Origin: Candidatus Saccharimonadota bacterium
GTDB taxonomy: Bacteria > Patescibacteriota > Saccharimonadia > Saccharimonadales > Saccharimonadaceae
Assembly (NCBI GenBank): GCA_001029695.1
Contig: CP011211.1
Location: 210,001 to 242,000 of the forward strand
Reading direction: 5' to 3'
Length of the DNA stretch: 32,000 nucleotides
Below are positions 25,413-32,000 of this stretch, piece after piece. Numbering within the stretch: the first letter of the stretch is position 1; every line of letters starts with the position of its first letter. The position numbers and the translations under genes were made by a program. Under the pieces are notes generated by a model. It saw nothing but the letters and a program-made list of their open reading frames with translations. It ran no database searches and was not told where the DNA came from.

Positions 25413-25961
25413 TTACTTCCTCCCTTTGATCGACATTAATGTTTCATATGCTAACAGTACGGCTTCTGTATCCGTCATCATAGCCGTCCGCGCGTTTATC
25501 AGTAGCTGATCGATAGTGATTAGCCTTACATCGACAAACTCACCCTCATCTAACTTGCGCTCCCCGCTATCAATACACTCTTTTGCAAGATAAAAATGCC
25601 ATGTCGTATTAGTATATGCGTCCTTCAGTACTTCACCAAGATACACTACATCCCCAGTTGCTACGTAGCCAGTCTCTTCTTTTAGCTCACGCAGCACCGC
25701 ATCCTGAGCGTCTTCGTCTGGATTTATACCACCGCCAGGTAAATCCTGGAGTATCTTTTCTGGACCTGGGCGGAACTGTTCAGCGACCACAACATGATTA
25801 TCTGCAGTGAGTGCAATTACCGCCCCCGCACGACTCCCAACACGATCTTTCGTATAATATTCTGCACTTTTACCGTCGGGCTGTAGGAATACTTTACGGA
25901 CAAGCGTCCTCCACCCTATCTTCGTCTCTACATCGTCTTCGACATGAGGCCATTTTTTCAC
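25413..25961 (-). CDS. NUDIX hydrolase
   Basis: 182 aa. Nudix box GGGINPDEDAQDAVLRELKEETGY. GTG start 4 nt after the gatB stop. Confidence 0.85.
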   Translation of the reverse strand: MKKWPHVEDDVETKIGWRTLVRKVFLQPDGKSAEYYTKDRVGSRAGAVIALTADNHVVVAEQFRPGPEKILQDLPGGGINPDEDAQDAVLRELKEETGYVATGDVVYLGEVLKDAYTNTTWHFYLAKECIDSGERKLDEGEFVDVRLITIDQLLINARTAMMTDTEAVLLAYETLMSIKGRK

Positions 25962-25965
25962 AGCG

Positions 25966-27438
25966 CTATAATCTTTCGCGTATTAGCTTTTGCGCAAGTG
26001 CTGGATTTGCCTTACCTTGAGATTTTTTCATAATCTGACCCACAAGGAACCCGATTACTTTGTCATTACCCGCACGAATATCAGCAACAGCCTTTGCGCT
26101 TGCAGGATCTGCAATCACTTCATCAACAATCGCAGCAATAGCATTCTCATCACTTTCTTGGATATATCCCTTGGACTCAGCGTAGCCTTCAACATCTACT
26201 GTTTCATCTGTCGCTATAAGCTCTTCGAAGACAGCTTTTGCACTATTAGAACTAAGCTTACTAGACTGCATAAGATCATAAAGTTGCGACTCCAACAAGG
26301 CGACGTCAATCGCGCCGAGACTGAATGATTCATCCCGAAGAAGCGGCACAAGCGTGTTTACGTTCCAGATCGCTACAAACTTCGCTTTTGCAGTATCGGC
26401 AATAAATGATTCGACAATAGTCAAGATACTTACACGTTCACGATATTCATTCTCTGCATCAAGTAGAGTTTCGATCTGAAGGTGATCAAGTCCTACACCT
26501 CTTAGTAGCTCTCGCCATTCGCCTGGTAGGCGAGGCATCTCAGATTGGATTCGATTAATTTCTTCGTCAGTTAAAATGATTGGCGGAATATCCGCATCGG
26601 GCATGTAGCGATAGTCCTGCGCATCTTCTTTTGAGCGTTGACTGCTTGTCGTCTGCTTAGCGTCATCCCAACCCCGAGTCTCCTGCACGATACGTTCACC
26701 CTTTTCAAGTAACTCAGCCTGACGACGGAATTCATATTCTGCCGCTTTTTCAACACTCTTAAATGAATTAAGGTTTTTCACCTCAGCACGATTACCAAGC
26801 TCCGAAGCACCTTTTGGTGCAACAGACAAGTTAACGTCAAATCGCATATTACCGTGATAAAGATCACCATGAGTTACCCCAGCAAATGTCATGCGTCGAT
26901 ACAGTTCAGTTGCAAAGGCTTTTGCTTCTGCAGCTGAATGTATATCAGGTTCTGATACGATCTCGATAAGTGGCGTACCAGCCCGGTTGAGGTCGACAAG
27001 ACTGTAGTCTCCATAATGAGTTAGCTTTCCTGCATCCTCTTCCATGTGAGCATGATGGATACGCACTCGTACACTTGAGCCATCTTCAAGAGGTGCCTCG
27101 ATCTCGCCAGCAAGAATAATAGGATGGTACATTTGAGTTGTCTGATAACCTTTTGGAAGATCAGGATAAAAATAATGCTTACGATCAAACCGGCTCACCC
27201 GTGCCACTTCACTGCCAAGCGCTTTTCCGGCTTTAATAGCAAGATCGACTGCCGCGCGATTCAATACAGGCAACATACCCGGCAGTCCGTAGTCAATCGG
27301 ACTAACGACACTGTTTGGTGCCTTATCTCTTGCGTCATTGTCAGTTGCGCTAAACAGCTTCGTGTTAGTTGCAAGTTGAACATGACACTCTATACCGATA
27401 GTCATGTCGTATTTTTGCAATAGTTCTTCTGTCGTCAT
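25966..27438 (-). CDS. gatB: Asp-tRNA(Asn)/Glu-tRNA(Gln) amidotransferase subunit B
   Basis: 490 aa. GatB pattern IGIECHVQL...FDRKHYFYPDLPKGYQTTQ...NLNS and a C-terminal YqeY/GatB domain. Confidence 0.95.
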   Translation of the reverse strand: MTTEELLQKYDMTIGIECHVQLATNTKLFSATDNDARDKAPNSVVSPIDYGLPGMLPVLNRAAVDLAIKAGKALGSEVARVSRFDRKHYFYPDLPKGYQTTQMYHPIILAGEIEAPLEDGSSVRVRIHHAHMEEDAGKLTHYGDYSLVDLNRAGTPLIEIVSEPDIHSAAEAKAFATELYRRMTFAGVTHGDLYHGNMRFDVNLSVAPKGASELGNRAEVKNLNSFKSVEKAAEYEFRRQAELLEKGERIVQETRGWDDAKQTTSSQRSKEDAQDYRYMPDADIPPIILTDEEINRIQSEMPRLPGEWRELLRGVGLDHLQIETLLDAENEYRERVSILTIVESFIADTAKAKFVAIWNVNTLVPLLRDESFSLGAIDVALLESQLYDLMQSSKLSSNSAKAVFEELIATDETVDVEGYAESKGYIQESDENAIAAIVDEVIADPASAKAVADIRAGNDKVIGFLVGQIMKKSQGKANPALAQKLIRERL

Positions 27439-27866
27439 TAGATTGCTCCCATATCTTTCAGTCCTTGCTTGAAACCACCCAGTGCACGTCGTGCATCGTC
27501 ATATCCTACGCGCACATCAGGTTCGTGAGCAATCTTATTGCGTAGCTTGTGTGCTTCCCAGATAGCATTTCGGTTCGTCCAGCTCTCTTTTGCGAATTTC
27601 ATACGATCACCCATCGTCTGTCCTTTTATACCGCGCTCACGGAGTGCCTGATCGAGCAGTTTATCTGCGTTAAGGATCGCAAGATGATAGCTTGGCTCAT
27701 TGTCGCGCTGAAGAGACTGTTCGATCTTTAACCACTGCACTCGATATTTCTCTACATTGAGAGTTGAGCTTCCTTTTTTTGTCAGTGTGATTGCAGCAAA
27801 TAACCCAACACCAACAATAATAATAATCGCAGCAAAGAAAAAGATTATCGTTCCGTCACCACCCAT
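27438..27866 (-). CDS. Membrane-tethered hypothetical protein with HEPN-like (DUF4145-like) signature
   Basis: 142 aa. N-terminal TM helix (IIFFFAAIIIIVGVGLFAAITL) followed by KK. The helical domain ends in WEAHKLRNKIAHEP, which matches R-N-x3-H, the Rx4-6H HEPN signature. A strong Shine-Dalgarno (GGAGG, 7 nt) is present. The start overlaps the gatA stop (TGATG) and the stop overlaps the gatB start (TAATG). Confidence 0.7.
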   Translation of the reverse strand: MGGDGTIIFFFAAIIIIVGVGLFAAITLTKKGSSTLNVEKYRVQWLKIEQSLQRDNEPSYHLAILNADKLLDQALRERGIKGQTMGDRMKFAKESWTNRNAIWEAHKLRNKIAHEPDVRVGYDDARRALGGFKQGLKDMGAI

Positions 27867-29242
27867 CAGTTTACCTCCACAGATGCGGCGAGCGCGAGTA
27901 GTTGTGCGTCACTGCGCTGTCGACCGATAAGTTGAACCCCAATTGGCAATCCCGCCTCATCAGTTCCTGCTGGAGCACTTAATGCTGGTAGGCCAGCGAG
28001 ACTCGCCGGCACCGTCATGACATCCGCTAGATACATCTTCACTGGATCGCTCGTATTCTCACCGATACCAAATGCCGGCGTTGGACTCACTGGGCCGACC
28101 AAAGCATCGTATGTTTGAAATAGCTCATTAAACTGTTCTATAAGGAGCGTACGCGCCTTCTGCGCCTGCTGATAATAGGCGTCAAAAAATCCACTTGACA
28201 ACACATAACTACCAATCATAATTCGACGCTTGTTTTCAGTCATGAAACCTTCGTCACGAGACTTGCCATAGAGCTCAGCCAATGTACTGACACCTTCGGC
28301 ACGGTAGCCGTATCGAACCCCATCATAGCGTGCTAGGTTGCTGCTAATTTCTGCAGGTACGATAATATAGTACATTGCGAGCGTATAACGAAGCATCGGC
28401 AAACTCACTTCTTCGACAGTATGTCCAGCCGCCGTGAGCTCTGCGACGTACTGTGTTGTTCGCTCTCGAACAACACTATCGACGTCATCTGTCATAAATT
28501 CTTTTATCAGTCCTATCTTTTGGCCGGGCTTCACCTGAGTGTTTTCTGCAAAGAAGTCAGGAAGTGTCGTCATGTCTTTGTCGTCACTCCCGGCCATAAT
28601 CCCCAAAACTAACGCTACATCCTCGGCGCTAGTTGCAAAACAGCCGATCGTGTCAGTACTACTCGCCATCGCCACGACTCCATAGCGGCTGACCGTTCCA
28701 TAAGTAGGCTTCATGCCGTAAACGCCATTGAAACTAGCAGGCTGGCGAATCGATCCACCAGTATCTGTTCCCAGTGCAAACGGTACAATATCAAGAGCCG
28801 CAACCACCGCTGAACCACCGCTACTCCCGCCAGCAACACGCGTTTGATCAATAGCGTTTTTCGTAACGCCAAATGCTGAATTCTCAGTACTTCCACCATG
28901 CGCAAAGGCATCTAAGTTTGCCTTACCAATACAGATCGCCCCTTCGGCTTCGAGCTTCTCGACAGCAGTCGCCTGTAGTGGCGCCTGGAAGTCTTCGAGC
29001 ATCTTACTTGCCGCAGTAGTCGGCGCGCCAAACGCCAAGAAGTTATCTTTCACGATAAAAGGCACACCGGCAAGTTTACCGGTAATCTCACCCCTGTCCA
29101 CCATATCGGCACGTTCTAGCGCTCGATCTTCAGTCAGACTGAGTAGTGCGTGATAGTTATCATTATCTTTCGCTTTTTTAATTGCAGCTTCTACAGAAAT
29201 TCGTGCAGACTGAGCGCCGACAAAATTAGAAATATTGCTCAT
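27866..29242 (-). CDS. gatA: Glu-tRNA(Gln) amidotransferase subunit A
   Basis: 458 aa. Amidase signature GGSSGGSAVVAA...GTDTGGSIRQPA. AGGAG Shine-Dalgarno overlaps the gatC stop. Confidence 0.95.
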   Translation of the reverse strand: MSNISNFVGAQSARISVEAAIKKAKDNDNYHALLSLTEDRALERADMVDRGEITGKLAGVPFIVKDNFLAFGAPTTAASKMLEDFQAPLQATAVEKLEAEGAICIGKANLDAFAHGGSTENSAFGVTKNAIDQTRVAGGSSGGSAVVAALDIVPFALGTDTGGSIRQPASFNGVYGMKPTYGTVSRYGVVAMASSTDTIGCFATSAEDVALVLGIMAGSDDKDMTTLPDFFAENTQVKPGQKIGLIKEFMTDDVDSVVRERTTQYVAELTAAGHTVEEVSLPMLRYTLAMYYIIVPAEISSNLARYDGVRYGYRAEGVSTLAELYGKSRDEGFMTENKRRIMIGSYVLSSGFFDAYYQQAQKARTLLIEQFNELFQTYDALVGPVSPTPAFGIGENTSDPVKMYLADVMTVPASLAGLPALSAPAGTDEAGLPIGVQLIGRQRSDAQLLALAASVEVN

Positions 29243-29249
29243 ATAACTC

Positions 29250-29540
29250 CTATAACACCTTTGGAACTTTTACTGAATCTACCGTTTTATCTTGAGCAAG
29301 TGAAAGTAACGTTTCACGCGACACACTACTCTGCACGACCGTATCATCACGCCAAATATTCTCAAGACCAGTAACCTGATAAGTCGGCTCGACACCAGTC
29401 GTATCGAGCTCATCAAGTTGCTGAATATAGTTAAGGATATTCTCTATATCCTTTTGTAGATTAGTTGTTTCGTCATCACTTAATTGCAAACTACTTAATT
29501 GTGCTAGATGCTGCACTTCATCGCGAGATATCACTGTCAT
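29250..29540 (-). CDS. gatC: Glu-tRNA(Gln) amidotransferase subunit C
   Basis: 96 aa. GatC pattern (VQHLAQLSSLQLSDDE...DTTGVEPT). First gene of the gat operon. Confidence 0.9.
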   Translation of the reverse strand: MTVISRDEVQHLAQLSSLQLSDDETTNLQKDIENILNYIQQLDELDTTGVEPTYQVTGLENIWRDDTVVQSSVSRETLLSLAQDKTVDSVKVPKVL

Positions 29541-29547
29541 ATTTTCT

Positions 29548-29553
29548 ATTATA
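29548..29553 (-). promoter_or_regulatory. -10 box (TATAAT) for the gatC operon (leaderless configuration)
   Basis: The minus strand reads TATAAT-agaaaat-ATG, 7 nt to the start codon, with no Shine-Dalgarno. Confidence 0.5.
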
Positions 29554-29578
29554 CCGTACTATCTACACTTCGTCATAC

Positions 29579-29607
29579 TTGACCATATACTTTTTTAGTG
29601 TTATAAT
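29579..29607 (+). promoter_or_regulatory. Near-consensus promoter of the lipoprotein gene
   Basis: -35 TTGACC (29579-29584), 17-nt spacer, TGt-TATAAT (29602-29607). A leader of about 55 nt ends in AAAGGAG. Confidence 0.7.
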
Positions 29608-29668
29608 AGAATTATTGAGTTCGTGTCTACGGCCTCTGGTACTTTGTCCGCACTCCAAAGGAGATATA

Positions 29669-30106
29669 ATGCGATCTTTCATCGTAGCACTCGTAGCGCT
29701 CGCAACAGTGAGCATGGCAGCTTGTAGTCAACAAGATCAGCACGATGCGGTCGACAAGATCGTACTCGAAAAGACACAATACGCCGAACTGAGTGGAGAT
29801 ACCACCAAGGCCGACATCATTGCGTCTCTCTCCTGCGAAGATGGTGATTCAATCATCAATGGAAAGATTACCGCCCTCTACAACAGTACGCTTGTGAACG
29901 GCACGCAGTTTTACTATGCGCTCGTTGCCGGAGACACAATCATAGAAGATGGAGTGGTTGACCACCAAGGAGTGGTGTCATACGTCCTCAAACCAACGGC
30001 GGTAAATGATTTCCTCGGACAAGAATTGCGATACGTTGCTGGCACCCCTACATCAGAAGGTGTCAGCCTCATTCGTAGCAATACCATCACGGCACAAAAG
30101 TGCTAA
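29669..30106 (+). CDS. Putative lipoprotein
   Basis: 145 aa from the ATG at 29669, with AAGGAG 5 nt upstream. Signal peptide plus lipobox-like MRSFIVALVALATVSMAAC. I recognise no family. The ORF-track start at 29465 is rejected. Confidence 0.72.
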   Translation: MRSFIVALVALATVSMAACSQQDQHDAVDKIVLEKTQYAELSGDTTKADIIASLSCEDGDSIINGKITALYNSTLVNGTQFYYALVAGDTIIEDGVVDHQGVVSYVLKPTAVNDFLGQELRYVAGTPTSEGVSLIRSNTITAQKC

Positions 30107-30124
30107 TACCGTAGACACGCTCAT

Positions 30125-30160
30125 CACCCTGCGCAGCAATGCGCAGGGTGTTTCAATTTC
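30125..30160 (+). terminator. Intrinsic terminator after the lipoprotein gene
   Basis: CACCCTGCGCA-gcaa-TGCGCAGGGTG forms an 11-bp stem followed by TTTCAATTTC. Confidence 0.8.
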
Positions 30161-30169
30161 TGCTATACT
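30161..30169 (+). promoter_or_regulatory. Extended -10 promoter (TGCTATACT) for the GtrA-like gene
   Basis: TGCTATACT is followed by 13 nt and then the ATG at 30183. There is no Shine-Dalgarno. Confidence 0.5.
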
Positions 30170-30182
30170 AAACACAATCACT

Positions 30183-30644
30183 ATGAAAACAAAAAAGAAG
30201 AAAGATTTACGGCGCCTTATTGGTGAGTTTATCAAACTGCAGCTTGCTGGCAATATTCCACTTGTCATCACATACATCGGGCTCATCCTCTTCAATCAAC
30301 TACTTAACTGGGAGGAATTTTATGCGCTTGCACTTGCCGCAGCACTCGGAAACGTTTTTTTCTTTATCGCGGATGACAAGTGGGTGTTTCCAGCGAGAAA
30401 AGGTCAGAAAAAATCGCGCTATGAGTTTATAAAGTTCTTCATTTTCGTTGTCTGCAATGCATCGGTCATTTTTAGCATCACGTACGCGCTCTCATATTTC
30501 TTTGGTATATCACCATATCTTGGTCAACTGGTCTCAACAACACTGTCGGTGCTTTGGACGTTCCCTATTATGCGCTTCTGGGTTTTTGCGCAGACAAAAT
30601 CAAAAGTACGCCCTCGCAGGCGTACTTCCAAGCAATCAGCGTAA
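30183..30644 (+). CDS. GtrA-family membrane protein
   Basis: 153 aa from the ATG at 30183. Four TM segments and a GtrA-like pattern (FIKLQLAGNIPLVITY..., FIKFFIFVVCNASV...WTFPIMRFWVF). Confidence 0.78.
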   Translation: MKTKKKKDLRRLIGEFIKLQLAGNIPLVITYIGLILFNQLLNWEEFYALALAAALGNVFFFIADDKWVFPARKGQKKSRYEFIKFFIFVVCNASVIFSITYALSYFFGISPYLGQLVSTTLSVLWTFPIMRFWVFAQTKSKVRPRRRTSKQSA

Positions 30645-30653
30645 CAATACTTA

Positions 30654-31913
30654 TTATCGTTGATCGATAAATGTATGTGCTCGTCCGCTTGCCCCACCAC
30701 GACCAGTACGACCGATACGGTGTACGTAATCTTCGTATGTCTGAGGAGTGTCGAAGTTGATAACGTGTGAAACGTTTGGAATATCAAGTCCACGAGCAGC
30801 CACATCGGTTGCAACGAGTACACGTACGCGTTCGTCCTTGAACTGCTTCAATGCCTTCGAACGCTGCGACTGGTTCTTATTACCATGGATTGCAACAGAA
30901 GGAATGCCGCTATTATGCAAATGATCGCTTAGTCGCTGTACACCGAACTTTGTTTCACCAAAGACAAGCACCTTGTCGTAGTCATCGCCGCGAAGCATTT
31001 CAGTAAGGATTTCAACCTTATGAGTCTTGTCACGAGCTTCGATAACATCCTGCTCAACGTGCTCGCTCGTCTCAGCTGTACGAACCGAGACAGTCTCAGG
31101 ATTGTTCAGGAAAGTATTCACAAGCGCCTGGATATCAGGGGTGATCGTCGCACTAAAGAATAGTGTTTGACGTTCGCGAGGCATAGCATCGACGATTTGT
31201 CGGATATCTGGCAAGAATCCCATATCAAGCATTCGGTCAGCTTCGTCGAGAACAAGAGTTGTCATGTTGTCGAGCTTCAGAAGCTTGCGCTGCATAAGAT
31301 CCTTGAGGCGACCTGGTGTTCCGATGATGAAATGAGGACGTCGCTTAAGATCACGGATCTGACGATCAATATTTACACCACCCACAATAAGTGTTGAGTA
31401 AAGGTTTAGTCCCTTGCTAAATTCACGGAACTGCTCATCAATCTGCTGTGCGAGTTCACGCGTTGGAGCGACGATAAGTACGCTTGGTCGAAGCATAATA
31501 CCACTTTGACGCTCAATAATAGGAAGCAAGAATGCCGCCGTCTTACCGGTACCAGTGTTTGCTAGCCCAATAACATCTCTTCCTTCAATAATATGAGGGA
31601 TAGCCTGATCCTGGATAGCACTAGGCGTTACATATCCCTTTGCAGAGATGTTGTGATGTAGCTGCGCGCCAAAAGGAAAATCAGCAAACTTATGCTTTGA
31701 CTCGTATACTACTTCGTCAGCCTTTTGGGTTGCTTTATTAATAAACTTAGATGGATGAATATACTTCTTAGCTGGGCCACGACTGCGTCCACCGCGTCCA
31801 CCGCCACTAAAGCCGCCTTGACGACGTCCGCCGCCATTGCCGCCGCCAAATCCACCACTTCGTGGACGTGAGCTTTGAGGGCGTCCACCGCCCTGTCCTT
31901 GATTGTATGCCAT
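30654..31913 (-). CDS. DEAD-box ATP-dependent RNA helicase with N-terminal RGG-rich region
   Basis: 419 aa. Q motif, motif I ANTGTGKT, motif II VLDEADRML, SAT, and motif VI HRIGRTGRGG. The first ~50 aa are a G/R-rich low-complexity region. Confidence 0.93.
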   Translation of the reverse strand: MAYNQGQGGGRPQSSRPRSGGFGGGNGGGRRQGGFSGGGRGGRSRGPAKKYIHPSKFINKATQKADEVVYESKHKFADFPFGAQLHHNISAKGYVTPSAIQDQAIPHIIEGRDVIGLANTGTGKTAAFLLPIIERQSGIMLRPSVLIVAPTRELAQQIDEQFREFSKGLNLYSTLIVGGVNIDRQIRDLKRRPHFIIGTPGRLKDLMQRKLLKLDNMTTLVLDEADRMLDMGFLPDIRQIVDAMPRERQTLFFSATITPDIQALVNTFLNNPETVSVRTAETSEHVEQDVIEARDKTHKVEILTEMLRGDDYDKVLVFGETKFGVQRLSDHLHNSGIPSVAIHGNKNQSQRSKALKQFKDERVRVLVATDVAARGLDIPNVSHVINFDTPQTYEDYVHRIGRTGRGGASGRAHTFIDQR

Positions 31914-32000
31914 GTGTAATAACCCTTTCGTTATGTTCGTAGTATTGGCCGTTGCAGTCTAAAACTATAGATCAGTCGTACAGAACAGCGAGAGGATATT

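Noticed and set aside
29465-29668. Upstream extensions of the lipoprotein ORF (from 29465) and of the GtrA-like ORF (30006-30182)
   Set aside because: The extensions run through the promoter and leader or through the preceding gene and its terminator. The internal ATGs at 29669 and 30183 have proper signals and give sensible N-termini (a signal peptide and a basic N-terminus followed by a TM helix).
1-32000. CRISPR arrays, transposases or integrases, prophage or defence islands, and alternative genetic code
   Set aside because: I saw no spaced direct-repeat arrays and recognised no mobile-element or classic defence genes. TGA, TAA and TAG all terminate well-supported genes (for example the PBP and gatA end in TGA), so there is no evidence of code 4 or code 25 recoding.

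Overview
This window is a gene-dense stretch of bacterial chromosome, and almost all of it is core housekeeping. I call 30 CDSs and found no rRNA, tRNA, CRISPR array, transposase or integrase. Most genes are on the minus strand.

Gene content, in window order:
- class A PBP
- clpC, an uncharacterised HExxH membrane protein, radA and a PIN/TRAM (YacL-like) protein, apparently one operon
- a small membrane protein, nusA, a J-domain protein and a DUF1524/HNH-type nuclease with an N-terminal membrane or signal anchor
- pepN, an RNase HII-YraN fusion and rplS
- a lone PilB/GspE-family ATPase, a SpoU/TrmH methyltransferase and an FMN reductase
- dnaE
- four small stress-type membrane proteins (DUF5665-like, YtxH, DUF948-like, GlsB/YeaQ)
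- a tight gatC-gatA-X-gatB-nudix-galU operon
- a lipoprotein, a GtrA-like protein and a DEAD-box helicase with an RGG-rich N-terminus

TGA, TAA and TAG all act as stops, so the standard bacterial code applies. The gene set and synteny (clpC-radA-yacL, rplS-rnhB-yraN, gatCAB, DnaE only) suggest a small-genome, Gram-positive-like lineage such as Saccharibacteria/CPR. That assignment is an inference I cannot verify without a database search.

I found no clear novel multi-gene system. The observations most worth a second look are:
1. A perfect CIRCE (HrcA) operator lies on the clpC promoter, in place of CtsR-type control.
2. A membrane-tethered protein with a HEPN-type RNxxxH signature is translationally coupled between gatA and gatB.
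3. A roughly 610-bp orphan transcription unit sits between rnhB and rplS. It has a consensus promoter and two hairpins, and its coding status is ambiguous.
4. An extended -10 promoter (TGCTATAAT-like) recurs 6-13 nt upstream of start codons, implying many leaderless or near-leaderless mRNAs.
5. RNase HII and YraN are fused into one protein.
6. An uncharacterised HExxH coiled-coil membrane protein is inserted between clpC and radA.

All functional calls come from motif recognition by eye. No searches or computations were run.
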